Positions 39,827-49,303 of a DNA stretch of 64,000 nucleotides are shown here, in pieces. Source of the stretch: ANME-2 cluster archaeon (lineage in GTDB: Archaea; Halobacteriota; Methanosarcinia; Methanosarcinales; Methanocomedenaceae); assembly GCA_014237145.1 (NCBI GenBank), contig JAAXOC010000110.1:25639-89638 (forward strand), written 5' to 3'. The notes under the pieces were generated by a model that saw only the letters and a list, made by a program, of their open reading frames with translations, was not told the DNA's origin and did no database searches. Numbering within the stretch: the stretch's first letter is position 1; the number at the start of each line of letters is the position of its first letter. The translations under genes and the position numbers were made by a program.

Positions 39827-40771
39827 TTAATTCTTGATTTTCCTTATCACAAATAACATAGCCAGTGATGTCAATGCAGCCAAGACTCCAAACCCTGGAG
39901 TCCCTGATGTTCCCTCGTCACCTTCGGTTGTAGTGTCCGCAGGCCCTGATGTGTCAGTATCGACCGGAGTCGTTGCTGTTGCATCTGGTGCATCTGGTTC
40001 ATCTGCTACCATCGGGTGGCATACAGAACACTTTAAACCAGTACTGGAGGTTTTAAGAGCTATCTGGTTGTATCCGTGAAGTGTTTCAACATTGTGGCAT
40101 AGTATACATTCCGGGATCATGATCTTTTCCGTAGCCTGGTCTATATGACATTTTTCACATGCCACATCAGGAATATGGATAAAGTGAGGAATCTCACTTG
40201 CACTCACATTGACAGAACCAGGCCTATGACATTTGTAACATGAATTCGGATCAGAAGCCTCGCCATGAAGCACTGCAACATCAGAAGAGACGTGGCAGCC
40301 CTGGCAGACAATTATATCGCCCGCACCTGTAACTGGTGAAACAATATTCGCTGCTGAACCATGGCACGCACTACAGGATTCTGTTGGTCCACCGTGAACG
40401 TCCAGCAGGTCACCGTGGCAGTGTGCACACAGAGTATCTGACATCATTTCCAAATGTAAACTATCAAGCCCTACATGGCAGTACGAACAATCCTCAGTTT
40501 GTACCTTTTTAATGTGAACATTATGTATCGAACCTGTATGGCATTTGTAACATGAAGGATCTCGATCGGTTAATGTTGCACCGTGACATCCTTGGCATGT
40601 GGCTGATGTCATTTCATGTATCACATGCGTATCTAGATTATGGCAGACCGCCTTACAGTTCGTGTCTTCTGCCATTTTGCTTACTGTATCATATTCTGGC
40701 CCTTCTGCTTGAACCGCAGTGACCATTGAGAATATTACTATTAATAATAGCAAAGCTTTGATTTGCTTCAA
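39827..40771 (-). CDS. secreted multiheme c-type cytochrome (about 10-11 heme motifs) with Thr/Asp/Pro-rich linker and PGF-CTERM anchor
   Basis: 314 aa; signal peptide; CxxCH motifs CQGCHG, CYKCHT, CSYCHV, CAHCHG, CSACHG, CQGCHV, CYKCHR, CEKCHI, CILCHN, CSVCHP plus a CxxxCH (CKAVCHN); C-terminus TPGFGVLAALTSLAMLFVIRKIKN. Confidence 0.85.
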   Translation of the reverse strand: MKQIKALLLLIVIFSMVTAVQAEGPEYDTVSKMAEDTNCKAVCHNLDTHVIHEMTSATCQGCHGATLTDRDPSCYKCHTGSIHNVHIKKVQTEDCSYCHVGLDSLHLEMMSDTLCAHCHGDLLDVHGGPTESCSACHGSAANIVSPVTGAGDIIVCQGCHVSSDVAVLHGEASDPNSCYKCHRPGSVNVSASEIPHFIHIPDVACEKCHIDQATEKIMIPECILCHNVETLHGYNQIALKTSSTGLKCSVCHPMVADEPDAPDATATTPVDTDTSGPADTTTEGDEGTSGTPGFGVLAALTSLAMLFVIRKIKN

Positions 40772-40887
40772 ATTTTCTCCTCCTTTTATTATTTTGTATT
40801 TAATAATTGATTTCCATCTCCCTTATGCTATTATTAACTTTTCGTTTTAATCATAGCATAAAGTAGGTACTCATTATTGTCAAGTGT

Positions 40888-41724
40888 TCACCTGAATACA
40901 ATCAGTGGTCTTTTCTCCCGTGGTTTTTTCTCATGTTCTTCGTGTGCACCCTCAACAATTTCTACATATTCGTTCATAGTTTCCTTACCGGTTAAGAACA
41001 GGGCCTTAACATTTTGTGACATCCTCGGATCAGTTCCCAGGAATCCCAGATGAATGATGAGTTCAAGCACGAACCAGTATGTTGCCCACAAGTGTAATGA
41101 CCTGATCAACTGCACCCCGCTCATGCCGATAATTGCAGCTGCACTACCGGTTATGTCATTAACGAACCAGGCCATGAAATTATTCCATACAGGTATATCA
41201 AAATTCACAAATCCGAATTTCAGGTCTATCATTATGATTCCTGTCAGTCCGATAAAGAGAATGGCCATTGCTTCAAATACCACCATCAGTTTATAGCCCG
41301 GATGAAGTTTATTTTTATAATGACCAGTGGTTTTATCGTAAATCGTGTATTTTGGATATTCCTCTGGTGGTTTAAATACGCCAACAATGGCTTGATAAAG
41401 CCTGGTAAAATCTTTCAGGCCGAATAAGTCATTCAACAGGTGACCGCTGGTTATCAGATTGAACGGTATAAATGACCAGTTGATCACCAGGAACAGGATA
41501 CCTGCAATCACATGGATCAGACGGAGAGTTTGATATGACATCAAATCCCATGCATGTAAGCTACAAGTATTGAACTGTATAGCCATGTACAGTCCTGTAA
41601 TTAAAAGCAGAACACAAGTTATCATATGTGACTGGTGAGCTATCATATCCCTCAGTCTATACCGTCTTCCTACAACATCATTATCAAAGTTTTGATTTCC
41701 CTGCATACACATCCTCCATTTCAA
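40888..41724 (-). CDS. membrane-integral b-type cytochrome-like protein (di-heme cytochrome b / FdnI-like)
   Basis: 278 aa; 5-6 TM helices with conserved His in helices (RLIHVIAG, HLWATYWF, IIHLGF); immediately downstream of the multiheme cytochrome c gene. Confidence 0.55.
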   Translation of the reverse strand: MKWRMCMQGNQNFDNDVVGRRYRLRDMIAHQSHMITCVLLLITGLYMAIQFNTCSLHAWDLMSYQTLRLIHVIAGILFLVINWSFIPFNLITSGHLLNDLFGLKDFTRLYQAIVGVFKPPEEYPKYTIYDKTTGHYKNKLHPGYKLMVVFEAMAILFIGLTGIIMIDLKFGFVNFDIPVWNNFMAWFVNDITGSAAAIIGMSGVQLIRSLHLWATYWFVLELIIHLGFLGTDPRMSQNVKALFLTGKETMNEYVEIVEGAHEEHEKKPREKRPLIVFR

Positions 41725-41897
41725 ACATATAATTGTAAATCACCGATTTGGAAGCTCAATACACTCCACAAACGTACACAGATGTTTTACTCTATATTTA
41801 TCAGATTATATTTTTGTAGATTACATTGTTAGATATAGTTTTCGTTTAAGTTCTGCTGAATCGCTTATATTATACTCTCATATACCCTGTCAATCTA

Positions 41898-42458
41898 TCA
41901 AATGTGCTTGATAATATGGGGTGCCTCGGGAATAATCAACTCCTTTAAGGCAAGCTCTACCGCTGCCGGTGATCCGGGTAAACAGAATACCACGCATCTA
42001 CCCACAATCCCGGCAGATGCCCTGGAGAGCATAGCAGCAGTCCCTACGTCTTCCAGGCTTTTCAGCCTGAACAGTTCGCCAAAACCGGGAATGGTCTTGT
42101 CAAAAAGTGGTTCCACCGCTTCCAGGGTCACGTCTTCGGGCGCAAGTCCGGTGCCGCCACTGATAACGATAGCATCGACATCCACACCCATGTCTGCATC
42201 TATATCTGTGCCTGTCAGTTCCCGGACATGCCAGGCAATCAAGGTCTCATCATCAGGCAGCAGTGAATATGTCTTTACATCAAAACCTGAACCTGATATC
42301 AGGTCTATCATGACCGTTCCTGATATGTCATCAGCAAGCTGGGGCCTGGATACACTGCCATAGGTCTCATACCTGGATGTGCTCACTGTGATAATTGCGA
42401 ATTTCACTGATGCAGGAGCATTCTTCTTGTGTATTGCAGGCGTATCGTCCCAGGGCAT
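41898..42458 (-). CDS. moaB: molybdenum cofactor biosynthesis protein MoaB/MogA
   Basis: 186 aa; FAIITVSTSR...VISGGTG signature. Confidence 0.8.
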   Translation of the reverse strand: MPWDDTPAIHKKNAPASVKFAIITVSTSRYETYGSVSRPQLADDISGTVMIDLISGSGFDVKTYSLLPDDETLIAWHVRELTGTDIDADMGVDVDAIVISGGTGLAPEDVTLEAVEPLFDKTIPGFGELFRLKSLEDVGTAAMLSRASAGIVGRCVVFCLPGSPAAVELALKELIIPEAPHIIKHI

Positions 42459-42501
42459 GAAGAGATTTATGTGTCATGGATTATATGAACTAATCTATTC
42501 T

Positions 42502-43563
42502 ATGCAGATAATAGCTATTGACGTAGGAATGGGTACACAGGACATACTGCTGTATGACGATGCACAGCATATTGAGAATAATATCAAGATGGTGCTCCCC
42601 TCCCAGACCCGGATAATTGCACAGCGTATCAGCCATGCCACAGGCGCAGGGCATGATATCTTCCTCACTGGTACTACCATGGGCGGCGGTCCATCGGGCA
42701 AGGCCATACGTGAACATATCAAGACGGGGTTGAAAGTTTATGCCCGGCCGGATGCTGCCCTGACCCTGCACGATAACCTGGAGAAAGTGACGCAAATGGG
42801 TGTGACGCTGGTGGGCGAGGAGGAGTCTGTACCCGGGGGGGCAGAGCAGATCGAAATGTGCGATGTGGATACCCATGCCCTTGGCACAGCACTGGAGCTG
42901 TTCGAGACACAACTGCCCAGGGACTTCGCAGTGGCGGTCCAGGACCACGGTGAAGCTCCTGACATGAGCAATCGCGTGTTCAGGTTCCGGCATTTCAGGG
43001 AGCTGCTAAAGCAAGGCGGTGAACTGGAGCGCTTCGCCCATTTGAATAAGGTGCCCCCTCACCTTTCCAGGATGCAGGCAGTCATAGAGACCTTGAAACA
43101 GCCCGGGAATAATGTACTGCTCATGGATACGGGGCCTGCTGCCATTTGCGGGGCGCTGGCAGGCAAATCCGGCGACCCGGTAGCTGTAGTGAACATAGGC
43201 AACGGGCATACCCTGGCTGCCGTGGTGGCCGGGAACAGGATGCTGGCATTGTTCGAGCATCACACCCGGTATGTGGATGCACAAAAGATTGATGGACTTA
43301 TCAGGCGGTTATGTGATGGAGAACTTGGTTTCGATGACATTTTCAACGATGGTGGGCATGGTTGTTATATCCAGCAGGCCGTGGGGTTCTTAAACATCGA
43401 ATCAGTGATAGTGACAGGTCCCAACCGCCAGATCATGGAAGATTCGGCGCTTGATGTGGAATTTGCAGCACCTCACGGAGATATGATGCTTACCGGATGT
43501 TTCGGGCTTGTAGAAATGTTTGGGAAGAATATGGAAAAGACCATTGTTGCAAATGATGAGTAA
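42502..43563 (+). CDS. ASKHA-fold ATPase-like protein (DUF1786-like)
   Basis: ORF 42379..43563 in track overlaps moaB; probable start MQIIAIDVGMGTQD at 42502; actin/sugar-kinase-like phosphate-1 motif. Confidence 0.5.
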   Translation: MQIIAIDVGMGTQDILLYDDAQHIENNIKMVLPSQTRIIAQRISHATGAGHDIFLTGTTMGGGPSGKAIREHIKTGLKVYARPDAALTLHDNLEKVTQMGVTLVGEEESVPGGAEQIEMCDVDTHALGTALELFETQLPRDFAVAVQDHGEAPDMSNRVFRFRHFRELLKQGGELERFAHLNKVPPHLSRMQAVIETLKQPGNNVLLMDTGPAAICGALAGKSGDPVAVVNIGNGHTLAAVVAGNRMLALFEHHTRYVDAQKIDGLIRRLCDGELGFDDIFNDGGHGCYIQQAVGFLNIESVIVTGPNRQIMEDSALDVEFAAPHGDMMLTGCFGLVEMFGKNMEKTIVANDE

Positions 43564-43995
43564 AAGAAATAAAGAATGATGAGGCAGACCAACCCTTTTT
43601 TGTATCTATTTCAAAAAGTATGGTAAAATGCAAAATAAATATAGACATAGATTTCACAGATTACACTGATTTCACTCGTCATCTATTTTTGGATCGTTCT
43701 CTATCTGTTTTACAAGATAATGGACTACAAGGATGATGCCCGCCATGACCCCATGCTGAATGAGGATATTGCGGCGGCGCTGGGTCTTGCCACAAGGAGG
43801 AACTGGCAGATATCAAGAAGACTGCATTGAAGATAAATAATATTCTCAAGTCATACCTGGATGGGAAGGGACTTCTGCTGCCGTCCCATTTGTTTTGGAT
43901 AATGATCTTTTTCAATCTGTGTATTTGCAGATATCTGTGAATGCAAATCTTTATGTGTCCAAATATCCTACAATATAAGCAATTAAGGTGATCTC

Positions 43996-44151
43996 ATGCC
44001 CACAATCACAGTATCAATGCCTGACAGATTCAACAGAATTAAAAAAGAATTCCCTGAAATTAACTGGAACGAAGTAATGAAAGCAGGGATACTGAAACGT
44101 CTGGATGAGTTAAAAAAGTTCGAAGAACTTAAAACCAGAGGTGCGTTGTGA
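43996..44151 (+). CDS. small protein paralogous to N-terminus of the 44152..44442 product (antitoxin-like)
   Basis: Unlisted 51-aa ORF MPTITVSMPDRFNRIKKEFPEINWNEVMKAGILKRLDELKKFEELKTRGAL; shares VxxPDxxxxExxxxNWxEVxxxxxLK pattern with next gene. Confidence 0.3.
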   Translation: MPTITVSMPDRFNRIKKEFPEINWNEVMKAGILKRLDELKKFEELKTRGAL

Positions 44152-44442
44152 ATGGTAAATGTGGTATTGACTGTACCTGACCATGTGAAAAATGAAATTG
44201 GTCTGTTTCCATGGGTCAACTGGTCTGAAGTTGCCAGGGAAGAAGTTCTTAAAAAAGATATATTTGAAAGATATCTTAAAAGCGGAGGATTGACAGATGA
44301 AGACTGGGAATTCTGCGAAAAGATAGACTGGCATCCGGTTGATGAACTTCCGCTGAAGGACGAATTTATTAAAAGATTGAAGGAGGCCGAAAAAGGCAGA
44401 TTTATTAAAGTGGGATCCCTTGATGAGCTGTTTGAGGACTGA
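44152..44442 (+). CDS. putative antitoxin of RelE/ParE-type TA pair
   Basis: 96 aa acidic protein immediately upstream (3-nt gap) of a RelE/ParE-like toxin gene. Confidence 0.4.
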   Translation: MVNVVLTVPDHVKNEIGLFPWVNWSEVAREEVLKKDIFERYLKSGGLTDEDWEFCEKIDWHPVDELPLKDEFIKRLKEAEKGRFIKVGSLDELFED

Positions 44443-44444
44443 GA

Positions 44445-44702
44445 ATGGAATGCTTTATTGAGGAAAATTGTAAGAGAAAGATCAATAAGGCATGTAAAAA
44501 GAATCCAATATTAAAGGGGGTTCTTGAAAGTAAGATTTCTGAGATACTCTCTTTTCCTGAACGTTTCAAGCCATTAAAGAATCTGGATAAGGGGATAAGA
44601 AGAGTTCATATCCTGAAGAGTTTTGTTCTTACCTATAAACTGGATGATGGTATTGTCTATTTTATTGATTTTGACCATCACGATAAAATCTACAAAAGAT
44701 GA
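44445..44702 (+). CDS. RelE/ParE-superfamily toxin
   Basis: 85 aa; FKPLKN...RRVHILKSFVLTYKLDDGIVYFIDFDHHDKIY matches RelE/ParE fold pattern. Confidence 0.6.
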   Translation: MECFIEENCKRKINKACKKNPILKGVLESKISEILSFPERFKPLKNLDKGIRRVHILKSFVLTYKLDDGIVYFIDFDHHDKIYKR

Positions 44703-44719
44703 ATGTATGTTTATCCCAT

Positions 44720-45545
44720 TCATCTGATAGTGACCTTGCGGCGGCGTAAAGGCAAGTTGCGCGAAGGATTGTGCATTAGGGCAATGTACAGGATACCGTG
44801 GCTGTATCTCACAAAACCTGCATATCGAAAGGTGTTTTACGACATGGCCAAGATGCCGGGAACATGATAAAGCATTTTACGAAATATTAAGGGCGCGGCA
44901 TATATGCGGGCAGGAAGCCTTTGTGACACCGCTGCTTTAGTCCATCTATTTCTTTATTGAACTGCGTAGGAGGGGGAACAGGTCGTAAACTGCCTGCTTA
45001 AATTCGTCTCCCACGTCCTCCCAGGTTATTGCTTACCTGGTTTTGGCGGCAGCAGTATCCTGCCTGGGTTCTGTTTCTTTCTTTGGTGACTGTTCGGTCC
45101 GGACCAGATTATGGAGGATTAAGATATACCCGCCAAGCATCAGCTTGATGCTCCAGATTAGAGTGTAGCGAAATCCGGGGTCGGTGACTGGCGTGCCTTG
45201 AAGCATAAAAGAGAAAGACAAAGAAACAGGACATCGAAAAAAAAATCATGTCCCACTGCTGGCGAAAATCCCCCAGCCCGGGTCTGCTCCCCATCGAAGA
45301 TAACGAGCAGTGCGGCACTGTGAAGTATCGTGCAAAGTTCCCCGGTATCGGCAGCCGCAGCCCAAAGCGTAGGCAAACCAGAGGTGGGCTTGGTGGTTGG
45401 CGACATTCGCGTTACAAATAGAAGCCCGATCTAACAGGAAATCCATACATGCGATTTTATGAGGGAAATGGTCGCGAGACATTTCCTTTACACTACCAAG
45501 AAAGCTAATCTCTTATTCAAGTAGTGGCAAGATTACTTTTTGAAA
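44720..45545. other. ~0.8-kb GC-rich non-coding segment (candidate structured RNA or decayed element)
   Basis: Only short overlapping ORFs in several frames on both strands; GC clearly above flanks; internal inverted repeat ctgtttctttSKctttc ~130 nt apart. Confidence 0.4.
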
Positions 45546-45553
45546 AAAAATAG

Positions 45554-46159
45554 TCAACCCCTCTTCTTACCCCACACCAGCGCCACCAGGTCAAACATCT
45601 CCCACTGCACATTGAATCCATCAGCAGCCTTAAAAGCATCCTTCAACTCTGATATATCAACATAAGTAGCTGTCCGCATCTCAACAAAAGTATGGAACAT
45701 CTCCAGCAGTACCCTCTTTGAGAACCTGGTTTGCCGCACCACATCCATAACCGCAATCTCTCCACCCGGCCCCAGTACCCTGAACATCTCACCCATCACA
45801 TCAGAAGGCTGTGCCACCTCATGCATGGCAAAACTTGAGACTGCAGTATCGAAAACCCCATCCTTGAAGGGTAGCCTGTGGGCATCGGCAAGCACAAAAT
45901 CCCCTTTCGACTTGGCCCTGGCACGTCTAATCATCTCAATGGAAATATCAGTACATACAAGGTCAACCACGCCCAGCCGCTCAGCCAGATATCCCGTACC
46001 CGAGGCCATATCCAGTACACGCCTACCTTTTTTTATCTCGATCTTTCCAAGTAACTGGTTCCTCAACCTGTCATACTGCCCCATCATTGCAATCCTTGCC
46101 CCGATATCGTAAATAGGTGCCAGGAACTTAAAAAAACCATGACTGTTAACTTTTTCCAT
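45554..46159 (-). CDS. class I SAM-dependent methyltransferase (UbiE/COQ5-like)
   Basis: 201 aa; motif I VLDMASGTGY, motif post-I and II present. Confidence 0.8.
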   Translation of the reverse strand: MEKVNSHGFFKFLAPIYDIGARIAMMGQYDRLRNQLLGKIEIKKGRRVLDMASGTGYLAERLGVVDLVCTDISIEMIRRARAKSKGDFVLADAHRLPFKDGVFDTAVSSFAMHEVAQPSDVMGEMFRVLGPGGEIAVMDVVRQTRFSKRVLLEMFHTFVEMRTATYVDISELKDAFKAADGFNVQWEMFDLVALVWGKKRG

Positions 46160-46253
46160 GTTCTTCTTCCTGTTTCTTCTTACTGTTTCTTCTTACTGTT
46201 AATATCCCACATAATTATTAATACAATACTATAGTAAAAGGCAGGATGGTAAA

Positions 46254-46598
46254 ATGAGGTTCAAAAATAAAAAAAACAGACTGGCAGCTTTAGGTACTCT
46301 TTTCCTGTTAGCAGGTATAATAATATCACTGGATGGCCAGGATGGTTCTTCGTTCATCTATTTCGGTGTTGGGACATTGACTGCCACCCTGCTGTACTAT
46401 GGCATCGTCGCAGGCAGGCCCCAGATATCTACGTTTATTGTTGGTCTTATCATACTGCATACAGGAGTCCTGTTGATAGTGAAAGGCGAATTAATATACC
46501 CAAGTGAGTTTGGATTCATCACATTCGTTTCAGGAATTCTGGTACTGCTTAATTCAGGTTTTTCAGAATACATGCAGGACAGGAAGAAAAAGAACTGA
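46254..46598 (+). CDS. small membrane protein
   Basis: 114 aa with 3-4 hydrophobic helices. Confidence 0.45.
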   Translation: MRFKNKKNRLAALGTLFLLAGIIISLDGQDGSSFIYFGVGTLTATLLYYGIVAGRPQISTFIVGLIILHTGVLLIVKGELIYPSEFGFITFVSGILVLLNSGFSEYMQDRKKKN

Positions 46599-46601
46599 CA
46601 T

Positions 46602-48011
46602 TTATTCAATATGATGGTCCTCACGCAAGACCTTCAATAATCCCAGAACCGAATAACCGGCCCTGGTAATACCCATACTCCTGCTATCAGTATCAGTACC
46701 TGCAAGATACAGGTTCGTGACAGGAGTCCTGGTATCTGCAAAGTAGCCATTAATGGTCACAGCAGCTTTTTCGGGAATAGTATACTGGTAGTGGGTCATA
46801 TCGATATGGTCCTCGATACCAGGCAGTGCAGTCAGTATGGTATTATACATCCGCTTCCTGTCCTTTGCCAGTGGTATGGATTCGTCAACAATGAAAGTGA
46901 ACCCGACAAGCTGCTTGCCCGGAGGTGCCAGTGACTTGTCGTAGTTGCTAATTGGCATGGCCCAGAAAGCCCTGCGCTTGAACCATACTTCTGAGCCAGT
47001 GTAGTCGAACTCAGGTAACTTTGTATCAAGACCCAGCCATATTGTCATACTATGGGTCTGCACTATCCTGCCAATATCCTGTATATATGATGGTGGCAGA
47101 TTATCCGTCAACGCAGGCAGGTCCTTTGCAAAGCCTGTAAAAACCACAACATCAGCCTGATAAGTCCCTTCAGGGGTGACCACTTCTTTCACAACCCCTT
47201 GTGTGGTATTTATTCCTGTCACCCTGGATGAAGTCTTTATTTGAACAGAATCATTCATGGAAAATAAAACTGCATTCAAAAACGCCTTGAGACCCTTGCG
47301 CGGATATGCCTGGGAATACCCAATATCATTATTGCCAAGCCTGCTCAGGATCGATAGGTGTCCTTTCAACTGGCTCATAGTAAGATGATTTGCAAGTAAG
47401 GCCATATAGGATTTGGCGAGATCTTCATCCTCAAGGAATTTCTCAGGCACACTATCCCGCATATAACCACTGCCTGTCAGCACCCTATGTACTGAGGTCT
47501 CATACATGGATTTACCAGACAATGAGTAACACATAGCATTGATAAAATCCAGTGAATCCTCTGAAAGCCCACCAGGCAGGTAATCATATACTGACTGGTT
47601 GCTAAGGTCAGACCCAAGCGTGGACTGGGTAAAAGCCTTTGTAATGGACTGGCTGAGCAGCAACCTGTCCATTTTTGGCAGGACATCGAATGTGGCAAAC
47701 TCCTTTAAGTTGGACGGTATCTTTGACAATCTATTTGGAGTCCTGACGTGATAAGCCCCGTGATCAAGGAACATGGGGGTATAATCGAAATATGTATCAA
47801 TAAGACGGCGCAACGGCCCGACCCGCAGGTGGGTTATCGCATGGACACCCGTGTCTACCTGGAATCCATTTACATCGTAACTATTGCAGTTTCCACCCAC
47901 ATAACTACGTTTTTCCAGGACAAGTACCTTTTTCCCATGTTTTGAAAGCGTCATAGCAGACATCAGGCCGCTAATACCACCGCCCACTACAATCACATCA
48001 TGATCAGCCAT
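46602..48011 (-). CDS. FAD-dependent oxidoreductase (phytoene desaturase/amine oxidase superfamily)
   Basis: 469 aa; N-terminal dinucleotide-binding motif VIVVGGGISGL...VLVLEK. Confidence 0.75.
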   Translation of the reverse strand: MADHDVIVVGGGISGLMSAMTLSKHGKKVLVLEKRSYVGGNCNSYDVNGFQVDTGVHAITHLRVGPLRRLIDTYFDYTPMFLDHGAYHVRTPNRLSKIPSNLKEFATFDVLPKMDRLLLSQSITKAFTQSTLGSDLSNQSVYDYLPGGLSEDSLDFINAMCYSLSGKSMYETSVHRVLTGSGYMRDSVPEKFLEDEDLAKSYMALLANHLTMSQLKGHLSILSRLGNNDIGYSQAYPRKGLKAFLNAVLFSMNDSVQIKTSSRVTGINTTQGVVKEVVTPEGTYQADVVVFTGFAKDLPALTDNLPPSYIQDIGRIVQTHSMTIWLGLDTKLPEFDYTGSEVWFKRRAFWAMPISNYDKSLAPPGKQLVGFTFIVDESIPLAKDRKRMYNTILTALPGIEDHIDMTHYQYTIPEKAAVTINGYFADTRTPVTNLYLAGTDTDSRSMGITRAGYSVLGLLKVLREDHHIE

Positions 48012-48034
48012 ATTGTATCCAGTAATAATAATGA

Positions 48035-49303
48035 TCAGACCTTAAAATCTTTTTTGGCAATCCTATTGTCAGTCTCGTTAGCAATCCCGTTGCCAGTCCC
48101 GTTGCCAGTCCCGTTGTCAGTCCCGTTGTCAGTCCCGTTAGCAGTCCCGTTAGCAGTCCCGTTAGCAGTCCCGTTAGCAATCCCGTCAGTAGTTTCGTTA
48201 GCAGTTCCGCTGGCAATCCCGTTAATAATTGCATCATAGCGCTGGCATACACGCTTAACAATATCATCTGCGGCATTCTGGTGTGAGGGCACCAGTATAT
48301 CCGCACCTGATGATACGTCTACTCCCTCACTCGATAATCCATAATCAGGGGCTATCAGCAGCCCGCCGGAAGATACATTGAGCTTCATATCGGTGATGAG
48401 CCGGGCCACCATATCAGTAGCAGGCTTCACCCTGGTAGTAATGCCAGGGGTCTTGGATAAATATTGTTCCTTTAATTCGCTTACCTTTTCAACTGCTGCT
48501 TTTACCTTGTCCTTATTACCAAGAAGTGAGAGTTTTTCTATAGTCTCAAGCAGGTCATCGAAAGTAACAGCCTGCACCTCTATAATCTCTCCATTAAAGT
48601 ATTCGGCAACCTTCTCCCCGTACCCCTTTGAGATTACCAGCTTGCCCACGTCTTTTATTCGCAGGATCTCTTTGTCTGTGGGTTTATACGGCTCCACAAC
48701 CTTGAAATTATCAATACCCAGCAAGAACATTAGGGACAAATATCCCATTGTAACACCTACGGTGGGCTTCACACCCAGCCACTTGTCAAGCCCGGTCTGC
48801 CCTTGCTCGGATACCAGCTCGATAATCTTCTGCTTAATATACTCAGGATCACTGGATCTTAGCCCGAAATATTCGGCAAATCCCTGTGTGGTCGTAAGTA
48901 TCCGGCTTCTCCCCTCCGGGCTCCTGCTTATCAGTCCCCTGGCCTCCAGTTCCTTTACATGGTCATAGGTGGCATTGCCGCGTTTCTCTACCAGGTCGCT
49001 CTGGAGCAGTGGCTGGTGGTAGGCTATCATGGAAAGAGTCCTGAGTACAGGGGATGGCAGTTCCTTCGGAGCCACACTCCTTACCTGGTCTGCACATTCA
49101 GGTTTGACCTGCATAACGTACTTGCCTTCCACCTCAATGATATCCAGTCCTGATTGCCGCTCTTTGTATTCCTGTATGAGTGAGAGTACAATAGCACGGG
49201 TTTTTTTCTTTTTACTTACCAGTTCCTTTAATGTGGCAAGATCTACCGGTCCGCCGGCAGCGAATAATGCAGCCTCAATTATCTCACGGTCCCCTATGAA
49301 CAT
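48035..49303 (-). CDS. scpB: segregation and condensation protein B homolog with long C-terminal extension and (GTAN)n repeat tail
   Basis: 422 aa; N-terminal ScpB-like tandem wHTH (IEAALFAAGGPVDLATLKELV); C-terminal GTANGTANGTANGTDNGTDNGTGNGTGNG encoded by 12-nt DNA tandem repeats at ~48063-48230. Confidence 0.7.
   Translation of the reverse strand: MFIGDREIIEAALFAAGGPVDLATLKELVSKKKKTRAIVLSLIQEYKERQSGLDIIEVEGKYVMQVKPECADQVRSVAPKELPSPVLRTLSMIAYHQPLLQSDLVEKRGNATYDHVKELEARGLISRSPEGRSRILTTTQGFAEYFGLRSSDPEYIKQKIIELVSEQGQTGLDKWLGVKPTVGVTMGYLSLMFLLGIDNFKVVEPYKPTDKEILRIKDVGKLVISKGYGEKVAEYFNGEIIEVQAVTFDDLLETIEKLSLLGNKDKVKAAVEKVSELKEQYLSKTPGITTRVKPATDMVARLITDMKLNVSSGGLLIAPDYGLSSEGVDVSSGADILVPSHQNAADDIVKRVCQRYDAIINGIASGTANETTDGIANGTANGTANGTANGTDNGTDNGTGNGTGNGIANETDNRIAKKDFKV

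Noticed and set aside
43679-43915. 78-aa minus-strand ORF in the gap after the DUF1786-like gene
   Set aside because: It has a low-complexity product and overlaps no conserved frame. It is likely non-coding spacer.
48000-48306. ORFs 48000..48239 (+) and 48004..48306 (-) with PLPVPL / LTGLLTGL repeats
   Set aside because: They are artefacts of the 12-nt tandem repeat read in other frames and strands. The repeat belongs to the scpB-like gene.
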